Origin: Takakia lepidozioides
Lineage: Eukaryota > Plantae > Bryophyta
Assembly: GCA_030704615.1 (NCBI GenBank)
Contig: CM060732.1
Coordinates: forward strand, 80,476,001 to 80,540,000
Length of the DNA stretch: 64,000 nucleotides
Direction: 5' to 3'
Positions 26,094-37,599 of the stretch are shown here, piece after piece. A program made the translations under genes and the position numbers. Under the pieces are notes generated by a model, which was not told where the DNA came from, did no database searches, and saw nothing but the letters and a program-made list of their open reading frames with translations. Position 1 is the stretch's first letter. The number at the start of each line of letters is the position of its first letter.

Positions 26094-27520
26094 GACGTAT
26101 GAGCAAATGATGCGCGAAGGGGTGAAGCCCAACCACATCATGTTCGGTTGCATTTGCAATGTGTATGCAAGCCTGGGAGCCCTGGAAAAGGGGAAAGAGG
26201 TCCATGATGACCTCGTCAAAGCTGGAATTGTACCAGATGTCATTCTAAATCAACCCTGGTGGACAATATGTATGCCAAATGTGGGTGCATTAAAGATGCA
26301 AAGGCAGTTTTCAACAATATGCAGGCTGAATGAGATGTGGTGACGTGGAGCGCGATACTTGCAGGGTATGCACAACAGGGACGTGGGGTGGAGGCTTTGG
26401 AGACCTAGGAGCAAATGATGGGGGAAGGGGTGAAGCCCAACCACATCACGTTTGTTTGCATCTGCAATGCGTGTGCAAGTTTGGCAGCCTTGGAAAAGGG
26501 CAAAGAGGCCCATGGCGACATCGTCAAAGCTGGAATTGTACCAGATGTCATTCTGAACAATGCCCTGGTGGACATGTATGCCAAATGTGGGTGCATTAAG
26601 GATACAAAGGCAGTTTTCAAGGAGGCATTTCAGCAGATTCAGATACGTATGTTTGTCTCTTGCATAGGTGCAAGATGAAAGGCCTTGAAGCTGGAAAGCA
26701 GGTGCACACTCACATTATCCAAAGTGGATTTAGCAAACTACTCAACACCCTTGTCAACATGTATGTTAAGTGCGGGAGGATCATGGATGCTCACCAAGTG
26801 TTCAACGGAATGCCTCAACCATCTTGAAGCCCGACCACATCACATCTGTGCGTTTGCAAGCCTGGCAGCCCTGGAAAAGGGCAAAGAGGTGCATGGTTGT
26901 ATCGCAAAAGCTGGAATTGTACCAGATGTGATTCTGAACGATATCCTCGTGGGCATGTATGCAAAATGTGGGTGCATTGAGGATGCGGAGGGAGTGTTTG
27001 ACAGTATGGCTGAACGAGATTTGGTGTCGTGGAGTGCGATGATTGCAGGGTATGCACAGCAAGGGCGCGGCATGGAGGCTTTGGAGACCTATGAGCAAAT
27101 GATGGGGTAAGGGGTGCAGCCCGACCACATCACATTTGTTTCCGTTTGCAATGCCTGTGCAAGCCTGGCAGCCCTGGAAAAGGGAAAAGAGGTCCATGGT
27201 GACGAAATGTGGTGTCGTGGAACGCGATGTTCGTAGGATATGCCCAGCATGGTGTCATAGGGAGGTCCTGCAACTATTTGAGGGAATGCAAAAGAATGGC
27301 TTGAAGCCAGACAGTATCACCTTTATATGTGTTCTCTCTGCATGCAGCCACTCTGGCCTACTGAATGAAGGAAATCAAGATCATGGTGTCACTCCGACAG
27401 TGAAGCACTTTGGCTGTATGGTGGACCTTCTTGGACGTGCGGGACAACTGGATGAGGCAGTGGATCTGATTAATTAGATGCCAATCAATCCAGACGTTGT
27501 GGTGTGGAAGGCCTTGCTTG
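26094..27520 (+). pseudogene. Fragmented PLS-class PPR pseudogene ending in the E1 domain
   Basis: Repeated P/L/S motifs with frameshifts and stops. The terminal motifs KPDSITFICVLSACSHSGL and HFGCMVDLLGRAGQLDEA are followed by the E1 start MPINPDVVVWKALLG, which is cut by Helitron sequence. Confidence 0.9.
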
Positions 27521-28962
27521 GCGAAAAAGAACAAGATGCCAAAGTTTGCACTCGCTAACGGTTTGTGGGTCGGAAAAGTTCACGACATTTTGCCAAAATT
27601 AACCATGGTTGAAGAAGCGTTAATAGCAAGATACCGTTGTCGTGTGATGTTGTTCAAATTACAATATGTAAATAAGGGCGGAAAGGGGCAACGCGCATTG
27701 AGAGGAAATTTGGTGAGTTTTGCTTAAAATCCAGGTCGTGCGGTCAAATTGTTGAACAAATTGCCACCACCCTTAGATTCATTATCCGATATTGTCGCCG
27801 TCCACTTCGTCACATCGACCCATTAATGTCGTGAAAACATGTAATTTCTATACGTACGTAGACTTGCAGTGACGACATGGTTAACATGGCTGAAAAATAA
27901 TCACACGGGTTACAAGGACATTAAAATTGATAACGACATATTGGATGGACTACCAGAAAACGATATTCCACCATCAATCTTCAGATCGGTGTTTGAATCC
28001 ACGGACATTGACTTCGCCAACGCTGAACATCGTACCAACATAACAAATTTGCACAACAAAAAAACACCAATAAACAAAGATGACGATACGATCCAGCCCG
28101 TCATAGACACGTCCAGACTCATCGATTTTGACGGAATTGACATAAAGCACGACGACCTAATTTCCAACGCTTTAAATGGATTGCAACTACAACAAAACAT
28201 GTACCTGTCATACACGCATGAAACCGAAATGGTGAACGAATACGCAAACCCAAAACTGATCGTGTGCATGTTTCCAACGTTATTTCCGTTTGGAATCGGC
28301 GTAACCGAAATGAAAAACCGTCCAATTAAAGTAACTTTGGAGGCCCACGTTGAGTATTTGATGAGTCTGACCGATATCCATCACGACTTTTCGAAACATC
28401 ACATGTTTCCATTCTTCATGTTCAATTTGATGCAACGTAGACAAATATGCCTAGGCGCAAAATTGACAGTGTCGAGATCGACATTTCAAACTGAAGCACA
28501 ACTCCTTAACAATATCCGTTCAGAAGACTTCAACGATATAATAGACGACGTGAAAACAATAAACAACAACCGGAAATACAAAAGTTATTGCGACACTTGA
28601 AAGTATCCAGTAAACACGTGATGGCATCTGGAAGCAGTCACGCAACACAGAGAAACGAAATATTCAGCATGCAGTTGGGAACACCAAGTTTATTATTCAC
28701 TTTGAATCCAGCATTCGTACATCATCCTCTAGTGTCCCTACTAAGTGAGAACGACATCAATCTCGACATTTTTTTTTACGACAACCTCCCGGACCACAAT
28801 GAAAGGCGTGCAATTGCCACTATGAATCCAAGATCTCAAGCTAAATTTGTACACATCATCGTGAATGCAATTTTTAAATACCTACTTGGTGTCAGAGAGA
28901 CTGCCGAAACTACCACAACAAATACGGGAGTACTTGGAAACATAAATGCATATTACGGTTGT
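27521..28962 (+). mobile_element. Helitron Rep/helicase fragment (DUF6570-like plus Helitron_like_N)
   Basis: PKFALANGLWVG...LTMVEEALIAR...LRGN, WLKNNHTGYKDI, NEYANP..FPTLFPFGIG, PSLLFTLNPA..HPLV, GVLGNINAYYG. Frameshifted and interrupted by an LTR at 28963. Confidence 0.82.
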
Positions 28963-31465
28963 TGTCAACTCGTTGTCAAAGACGAGAACATGACTGAACA
29001 CAAACAAGAGATCAGACTAGAGGTACAAGACTAGGCATGAAGTCAAGGTCGGCGTGGTCGTATGCACGATGAGTAAATATGAATCAAGGCGATCTTTATA
29101 ACAATGAACAAGGGTACAAGATATTGGAATACAACTTGAATACTGGAATAATGGAAACTGGACTGGATTACCAGATACTGGAAACTGGGCTAGGGTACTG
29201 GGAATTGGACTGGAGTATTGGGAACTGGAAACAAGAGTAGCTTGAACTGGTGTTGGCGAGACTGAAGAGTATCCAGTCTCGCCTCTTATATATACTGGCT
29301 ACTAAGAAGCTTCCCTAAGAAGCTTCTCCTATGGAGATTTCTTGCTGGAGAAGTTTTCAAGATTAAACAAAGGTTTATTGATGGAGAAGTTTCCTTAAAC
29401 AAATGAGATATCTTGATGGAAGTTTGCTCCAAAGGAAGCTTCCTAAGCAGTTTCCCAAGTTACTCTTGGTAATTTGGTAAACTTCCGGTAACTTGGTAAG
29501 TAATGGTAAATCATGGTAGATCAAGGTAAATCACGATAAATTATGGTAACTTCTGATAACTTGGTAACTTGGTAACTTGGTAATTTATGGTATTTACTCC
29601 TGGTAAGTTCCTCTGGGCTATGTCCTTGACATCACCCCCCCCTCTAGCGCCGAGTTCCTCGAGGAGCGGTAAAATCTTGGACTTGCTTAGAGTTGGAGAA
29701 AATCCAAAATCCGGCGAATGGTACTTGCCAAGTATTCGGCTCTTCGTTCTTGACTCAAATGATTTATAGGTCCCTGCAACCATCGATAGTGTCCAACACC
29801 TTGAACTTGGGACCACGGAGTGATTTGAGCATATGGATTTTCGAAGCTGCATTCAAACATGATTTCGTTGCCCTCTAGGTCCGAAGCCTCAACCTCCAAC
29901 AGAATTATCGGACTTCGAGTAGGCTTCACTTGCCGTCGTACGGAGTCCAGATGAGGAAGTACACGTCGCATTGGTGGCCCATCGTCTCGAGAGCGTCGGC
30001 GTGATGTTGAAGGTCGTGAGAGTCGGAACGGCTGATCTAATAGCTGGGTAAGTGACAACTCCAATGTATCTGGTTCCTGTGACTCCACACTGCCAATACA
30101 AGATGCAAGAGTGCTGGAAGTGTAGCTATATATACTGATGTGTGGTGCTCATCCTTTTTTAGCGTGTATCAGGTACATTGAATGTGGAGTCTTCACCTTG
30201 AAACTAACTTGACTGACATCATCATGGTGACGTCTTATTGACGTGTAGCTCGGGGCTTAGCTGGATATCGTTGATAAAACTCTTAGACTTTGTTAGATGC
30301 ATTGGCGAGGTTGGATGAAGGTTCCCATGTTCATTCGCTGATGTCGTAGCCTTTCCAATGTACAAAATACACAAGACGTTTATACTTGATGCGGGAGTGT
30401 AAGATTTCGTCGACTTCATACTCAATTTCCTGATTGACTTCGATTGGTGGAGGTGGTACGGAGACTCTCCCTGGAATATTCGATGGATGATAATGAAACA
30501 TGAAAGACTGGATGGATGCGCATACTTCGTGGGAGTTCAAGTCGAAAACTGACCGGATTTATTTGTCGAATAATTTTGAATGGTCCCAGGCGTTAATAAT
30601 CCAACTTCCTTGACGGTCACGAGGTTTGTATGTCCCGTCGAAGAAGCCACACACGATCTCTGACCTTGAACTGGGGTTGGAGTTGACGACGTTGATCTGC
30701 ATATTCCTTGTATTATTTTTGAGCTTCTGCGAGGTGGAATGTAAGCTCCTTGTGAATCATAGCAAGATGAGTAGCAAGGTTTTCTGCAGCATGGCTTCCA
30801 ACAGTCTTCACGTGGAAAGGGTTTGCTCGAGGATGATGACCATAATTGGAGAAAAATGGAGTTTGTTTGGTCGAAGTATGTATAGTGTTGTTGTATGCAA
30901 ACTCAGCCAATGACAGAAGGTCCGTCCAATTATCTTGGTGATAATTTATTGTACAGCGAAGATACTGCTCCGAAATCTGGTTTACACGTTCGGTTTGACT
31001 ATCAGCCTGTGTGATTAGCTGTAGAGAGGTTGATCTTAGTATCCAATATATGAAATAATCCCCTCCAGAAATTTGATATGAACTGTGGTCCTCGATCAGA
31101 TACGATGTCCTTCGGGAGTCCATGAATGCGGTAGATATTATTGAGGAACAGTCTTGCAATTTCCTCGCCGGTAACCGTCTTATTACATGGAATGAAATGT
31201 GTCATCTTCGTAAAACGATCTACAATAACAAGGATTGAATCGGTGGTCTTGGAAATTGGAAGGTCCGTAATAAAGTCCATAGACACTGACGACCATGGGT
31301 CCTTGGGAATGGGTAACGGTTGAAGATGGCTATAAGGTCGATGTCGTGGTCCTTTCGCTCTAGCACACATGTCGCAAAGATTTTATAAATTCTTTCACGA
31401 GTTTCCACATTTGCGGCCACCAATAGTCCCTGGATATCAATTCCATTGTTTTGTTGGAGTGATTT
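28963..31465 (-). mobile_element. Ty3/gypsy chromovirus (Tcn1-like) 3' portion: integrase, chromodomain, PPT and 3' LTR (28963-29631)
   Basis: Integrase [47 protein letters not shown] region. Chromodomain EYEVDEIL..Y.VHWKGY. PPT AGAGGGGGGGGTGA abuts an LTR bounded by TGTCAA...TTGACA. Confidence 0.9.
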
Positions 31466-31469
31466 TGAC

Positions 31470-31960
31470 ATGTTACTGCCAATGTGGTCGACAGGAAAGT
31501 ATCGAAAAATAGATAACAGAGACTCGAGGAGAAGCTCTGGAGTAAATACGTTTCTGACCTCAGTCAATGGTGGAACAATCGAGGCAAAATGTGAATGCTT
31601 GTTGGAAGCAGACACATAGGAACTAGTGTGATAATCAGGGTTGGGTTGTTTGCTCAAGCAATCCTAGGTTGTCATTGTCAGCTGCTAGCAGCAAGGCGAG
31701 GATGTATGCATGATTTGTGCAAGGGCATGGATAGCTGAAGGAGCAGGGATAGATTGTGGGTCCAGATTCAACCAGGAGGGCTGGATTTCAAGCTCCAGAT
31801 TACCTATGATTCTGTGTGGAAGGATAGGTACAAGAAACCTGCATTGGTATATGGTCAACTGGAAGCCGCCGCAGCAACGGCACAATTGATCAAATCAGGC
31901 ACTGTTAATCAAGGCACATTTTTCAACACATTTCACCCTGTTTTTCCCTCTTATCAGAAT
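31470..31960 (+). pseudogene. OSB-type PDF motif module (two exons plus linker), degenerate
   Basis: EEKLWSKYVSDLSQWWNNRGK | GT 31591...AG 31765 | IQPGGLDFKLQITYDSVWKDRYKKPALVYGQLEAAAA. Homologous, intron included, to the copies at 35.6-39.6 kb. Confidence 0.75.
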
Positions 31961-32439
31961 TGGCAGTATTGCTCTATTAACAAGGTCCTTGATTCAACTA
32001 GTAGCACCAGAACAAACTGATACTACAACAATTCAGCCCAGATGTGGGCTTGCTTATTTTTTGCTTACTGGGCATTTTCAGGCATGAATTTTTGGACCTT
32101 GTGGCCTTTGAGGTGTCCATTGGGACATTGATCTCATTTGGATTTTTGTAATATAATTTACAAGGCGTGTATTCCCCTAGACTGGTCTATTTTGATTGTC
32201 TTGTGGTTGCTAGTATGCAGGAGGGGCATTCTATTTTTATATCGGAATTTCACCATGTAATGAAGAATTTAAATCATTTAATCTATTTTTATTTTATATA
32301 ATATTATTAAATTAAACAATACTACCTATTAATAAAATTTTCCAAGCTGCTATTTCCCTGTTTTTAAAAATAAAATATAAATTTAAGAATTTAAAATTAC
32401 AAATATAAACTATTAAATTATTTTCAAAGAACATTCTTG

Positions 32440-32908
32440 ATGACACGTGGCATAAACCCTGCTCGAACTAGAACACGTGGCATTATATGACACGACATTC
32501 TTTTATCCATATTTTCACCACGTATAAAGATAAGTAGTCATATATGCTAGTCATATATTCTGTCTAAATGCCACATGTCACATATGAAGTGCAACAGGTG
32601 TCGTGGCGTGTCGCCTGCGCAGTGGTGCACGTGTTCCTCTAAAGCCTCTCCATATAGGCAACGCTCAGCAGACAATGTAGTCATATAGTTAGTCATATGT
32701 AAGTCATAGAGTTGTGACTACATCCCTCTCTTATGTATGACTCCAGGTGCCACGCACGTAGTCACGGCTATGACTTGCAAAACGTAGTCCTAAAGACTAG
32801 TCGCTATCACACCGTTTTTTTCACTTCAGAGTGATGTAGTCATGAACGCATATAGGACTGAAAAAATAGTCATATGTGCAGTCATAAAAACGCTCATCTG
32901 TTTTAGTG
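32440..32908. mobile_element. CACTA terminus (ends ...TTTTAGTG) with GTCATA/TATGAC subterminal repeats
   Basis: The reverse complement reads CACTAAAACAGATGAGCG. About 10 AGTCATA-type motifs lie inward. Confidence 0.7.
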
Positions 32909-33089
32909 ATCTGACCTCCGCGTTGGAATGAGAGGGGAGGGTAAGGTAACTACACCCGACACATATCCTAGGTATAAGGGCGATTATCTAAGGCTAGCGT
33001 GGCAGCCTCGAGGAAGATAGAAGAGTACTGAAAATGTTAGAACCGCCAACAGACCAACAGTGCTATTATAGAGGAAGATCAGTGTTAGC

Positions 33090-33976
33090 AGTGCTACAAA
33101 ATGACCTTAATTATTGACAATTGTGGCCAGGTTGGATTTTTCTCATACATGCACATTTTATATTTATTCTGTCCATAACAACTTTTGAATTTAGAACCGG
33201 GAGGGAACCGGGTCATCTCTCGGTTCTCTACCCATATACCCGAGCACCGGATTTGGCAGATAATTGCATTAAAGAACCGGTATAAAACATACCCGTGAAA
33301 ATGTAATTCAGAGATATACCCTGCACCGTAGAAAAGCTCGGGGGGGGGGGGGGGGGGATGGCAAAAATGGAGTTGTTGATCGGAAATTGGACCGACTTGT
33401 CGTATGTCAAACGGAACCCCGACCACTATATTACCTACTCATCTTGTGAATCTAATACCTATATTACATATATATCTATCTTACTGGAAATATCTTTCAT
33501 CTATGTATACCCTGTATATGAGGGGTTTAATAAAACCTATGAGATCCACAATCAATCGGAAATTCACTTGAAAAATGACCAAGGTTTTCGAACCTACAGC
33601 TGTGCATTAGCCAGTAGCCAACGATAGCCATTTCAGTAGATCAGTGGAAACCATCTCAAACAAAAGACATTGTTTACTCGTCATTTTCATCAACTTCATC
33701 TTCAGGCAAATAACTTTCTACCAAGCCTTCCAAGTCCTCTTTAAACTCAAGTCCAATCACATCTAATGAATCAACCTCGTTATTTCCAAACTCTTCCAAG
33801 TTTGAAGCATCCACATCCGAGCGAGGATCATCGGGCCAATGCTTCACTAGAAGAACAACCTTATCAAGGTTCTTTTTTCCAAGCCGACATCGACGACGGA
33901 ATATGAGCACACCCGCAAGCGAAAAAACCCGTTCAGTTTCAATTTGACTTTTAAGAATCCCCAAAATCTGCTTAGC
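33090..33976 (-). mobile_element. hAT transposon remnant: C-terminal dimerisation domain and probable terminus
   Basis: AKQILGI..SQIETERVFSLAG...RRCRLG..NLDK....NWP-like hATC motif. Truncated by an LTR fragment at 33977. Confidence 0.75.
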
Positions 33977-34240
33977 TGTAACACCCAAGATCTACACAAA
34001 CTAGGATAGAAGTACTTCTCAACTTTTTCCCAAAACAACTCGATCCTTCCAGGCTTTCATTGCATGTTTATATACCCTTCACAATATGATTATTTTAAAA
34101 GTTTGACTTGAGAGCCTCAAGTCAAAAACTTCCTAAAGTCAACCTTCCTACGTTTGACATATTCTCCACAATGTGACTTTATCAAACATTTGATCTACTC
34201 TCCATAATATAAATATCTTATAGGTTTGACTTGAGAGCCT
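33977..34240 (-). mobile_element. Partial solo LTR of the gypsy family found at 40.3-45.7 kb
   Basis: 33977-34083 is the reverse complement of 43271-43378 (LTR end ...GGGTGTTACA before the PBS). CAAGTCAAA.CTTCCT repeats match 40525-40555. Confidence 0.8.
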
Positions 34241-34241
34241 C

Positions 34242-34810
34242 CACTACAACAGATCGCGGTATATATGACTGTATATATGACTATCCAGTAATCATAAACA
34301 GTACATATGACTGCAATGACTTTAAGTCGTGCAAACCAAGTGAATACAATGAGTACAGTATGGTCGGTCATGGATGATTGCAGTCAGATGAACCAAGTGA
34401 TACATCTCACTGTCATGTGGTAGTCATATGTACTTCTACCATACATGACTTAGTGTGCTGCTGCAAACTGTACACGTGTCTCTTTGTAATAAGTCCAAGA
34501 GGTTTTGTGGATGTGCGCCATATGGCGTCTCCCGAAACTGCCACGTGGCATAACCATGAGGAGGATCTGCAATCATCATCCTGACTACAACCATGCTAAT
34601 ATCTGGACACGTGGCATATAATTAGAGGTCTTATGGTCATTGTCCTGACTACAAACATCCTGATATGTAGACACGTGGCATGTATTGAGGAGGTCTTGCA
34701 GTCATGATCCTGACTATGACATGCTGATATGTGGACACATGGTGTCATATGAGGGGTTGTTTTGAACTTTTAAATGTATTGGACAGTCAGAATCACGACT
34801 ATGCTTATCT
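34242..34810. mobile_element. CACTA terminus (CACTACAACAG...) with TATGACT / ACACGTGGCA subterminal repeats
   Basis: Begins CACTACAACAGATC. Repeated TATGACT motifs and ~55-bp GACACGTGGCAT units. Related to the terminus at 32908. Confidence 0.7.
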
Positions 34811-35199
34811 CGTTAGGATTAGTAGAGATTAGGGTTAGTATTATTCAATACTAAACAAAGAGAAGAACAAAGGGAAGAACAAAAAGACAAAAAATGACTC
34901 TGCAAATGAATGCTTTATTTACAGGCAAGAATCACAGGAAAGAACAAAGTCAGCAAGTGCAAAGGACAAAACATAGACACTTAAAGACAACAGTAGATGT
35001 AAGAGCTTCTCTTAAACTGCTACCAGTCAAATTTACAATATAGCACCGGAGTCCCAAAATCTGACTCCTCTACAAACAATAGTCTGACAAAGTGCAAATG
35101 ACACTACATATGCACTGAAGATAGCAACAGATGTAAAATGCATATGTCTTTCTACGTTTGCTACTGTTCCAGCACAACAACAAATCAGCAGGATAGGGT

Positions 35200-36690
35200 G
35201 CACCCACATTTTGCATGTACATGTCCACAAGGATATTGTTCAGAATGACATTTGGTAAAATTCCAGCTCTGACAATGTTGCCATGGACTTCTGTGCCCTT
35301 TTCCAGAGCTGTCAGGCTTCCACATGCATTGCAAATGCACAAAAACGTGATGTGGTCGGGCTTCACCCCTTCCCCCATCATTTGATCATAGGTCTCCAAA
35401 GCCTCCATACCACGTCCCTGCTGTGCATATCCTGCAAGCATCGCGTTCCATGACACCACATCTCGTTCAGCCATAGTGTTGAAACTCCCTTCGCATCCTT
35501 AATGCACCCACATTTGGCATACATCCACCAGGGCAGTGTTCAGAATGACATCTGGTACAATTCCAGCTTTGACGATGTCACCATGGACCTCTTTCTGGCC
35601 CTCTTGGATGAATCTGGACCCACACTCTATCCCTGCTCCTTCAGCTATTCATGCCTATGCACAAATCATGCATACATCATTGTCTTACTACTAGCAGCTG
35701 ACGATGACAGCCACGATTTGTTCTAGGAAACACCCAACTCAACTTATCACACTTGTTCCTATGCTCAATTGCATCTGATACTCTCTATAATCAAACAGAC
35801 ATTCACCTTCTTGCCTCGATTGTCCCACCATTGACTGGGTAAGAAAAGTATGCATTCCACAGCTTCTCCTCATCTCTGTTCTCTGTTTTTTGATACTTTC
35901 GTGTTGTCACATTGGCAGTATCATGTCAACGTTACTCCAAACTATCAAAGGTTCACTCAACCAGCTAACTTGCAGAATTCAACATGGAAACTTAGGGTCG
36001 ATTCTGATAAGAAAAACAAGGTGAAATGTGTTGAAGAAGGTGACTTCATTAGCAGTGCCTGATTTTATCAATTCCGCCGCTGCTGCTGCAGCTTCCAGTT
36101 GACCATGTACCCATGCAGGTTGCTAGTAGCTATTGATCCACAAGGAATCGTAGGTAATCTGGAGCTTGAAGTCCGGCCCTCTTCGATGAATCTGGACCCA
36201 CACTCTATCCCTGCTCCTTCAGCTATCCATGCCTCTGCCCAAATCATGCATTCACCCTTGCCTTGCTGCTAGCAACTGACAATGAAAGCCTCAAATTGTT
36301 CTAGGAAACACCTAGGCAACTCAACCTATCACACTAGTTCCTATGCTCAATTGCATCTTCTACTCTCTGTAATCCAACAGGCATTCACCTTTTTGCCTTG
36401 ATTGTCCCACCGTTGACTAGGGTCAGAAAAGTATTCATTCCACAGCTTCTTGTGGTCTTCGTTACCTCTTTATGGATTCTTTCCTGTTGTCACATTGGCA
36501 GTACTTATCATATCAAAGTCACTCCAAACTACAAAGGTTTACTCAACCAGCTAACTTTCAGAATTCAACATGAAAATTTAGAGCCGCTACTGATAAGAGG
36601 GAAAAACAGGGTGAAATGTGTTGAAGAATGTGTCTAGCAGTGCCTTGTTATATCAATTGTGTTGTTGTTGCTGCGGCGGCTTCCAGTTGG
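35200..36690 (-). pseudogene. Tandem PDF-motif modules fused to a PLS PPR fragment
   Basis: Two ~580-bp units (KKLWNEYFSDPSQRWDNQGKK / intron / IHRRGPDFKLQITYDSLWINSY*QPAWV), then IHPRGP joined at ~35595 to a PPR L motif, followed by S-P-L motifs (ERDVVSWNAMLAGYAQQG). Confidence 0.8.
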
Positions 36691-36691
36691 C

Positions 36692-37408
36692 TCTGAACCC
36701 ACTGAGCGACTCAAACTAGTCTGAACATTAGACATTTGCCCACTCCCAAATGGGTACCTTACATCTGGCAATGATTCTGAGAGAGGCCAGAGGGTGCCCT
36801 CATCCCTAACCACTGTGAACAGAGTGTCTGAACTTGAGTGTGCCCCTGGAATACCAATCGGACTACTCTTACCCCAGTTCGGATTCAAATCATCGTTGTC
36901 ATCGCTTGAAGAATTAGCTTGCCCTTCCCCTTCATCCTCCTCACTTGTCATTGCATCAAAGTAAATATTTTTTTGACTTGCTGCCCGTGTATCATAGGAT
37001 AGGGAGCGCCCAACCTCATCCTCTACCTTGTTTCCTTCCTGTTCCATGTCCATCTCTCTGACATCATCAACCTCACTTCTGCATCTCCTAGTGTCCAAAT
37101 GCGCGCTGGTCTCTTGACATATCCCTACACCCTCACTCCCTTGCTCTAACTGAGTACTCCATCTATTACAACCTCATCGCTGTCAGGGAACGCCAAAAGC
37201 ATTGAATTCTTTGGAGAACCTCCTTGATTATCGCCTTCCTCTGCAACATCCTCTCTCTTCAATTCATGCTTCTCTTCACCATACAACCCTTCAGAAATAC
37301 CATCTTTGTTAGGACTGGTTGCTAAGGTGGTCGATCGTACGAGGGCACACTCTGTTTTTGAGCAAAACTCGTCTTCAGCATCCATGGGAGATGTCACAAC
37401 ACGACCTG
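36692..37408 (-). other. Captured acidic exon-like host gene fragment inserted into a PDF exon
   Basis: About 720 bp of near-open, acidic/Ser-rich coding sequence (ORFs 37146-37397 and 36634-37098). It sits between PDF residues ..KPAW (37410) and QLEAAAA (36690). Confidence 0.6.
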
Positions 37409-37599
37409 CCCATGCAGGTTTCTTGTAGCCATTGATCCACAGGGAGTCATACGTAATCTAGAGCTTGAAATCTGGCCCTCTTGAATGAATCTGGACCCAC
37501 ACTCTATCCCTGCTCCTTCAGCTATCCCATGCAGATCCACCCAACAAGCTAAATTACAGAATTCAACATGATGCAAATTCAAGGATGAGTAATGGGGGA

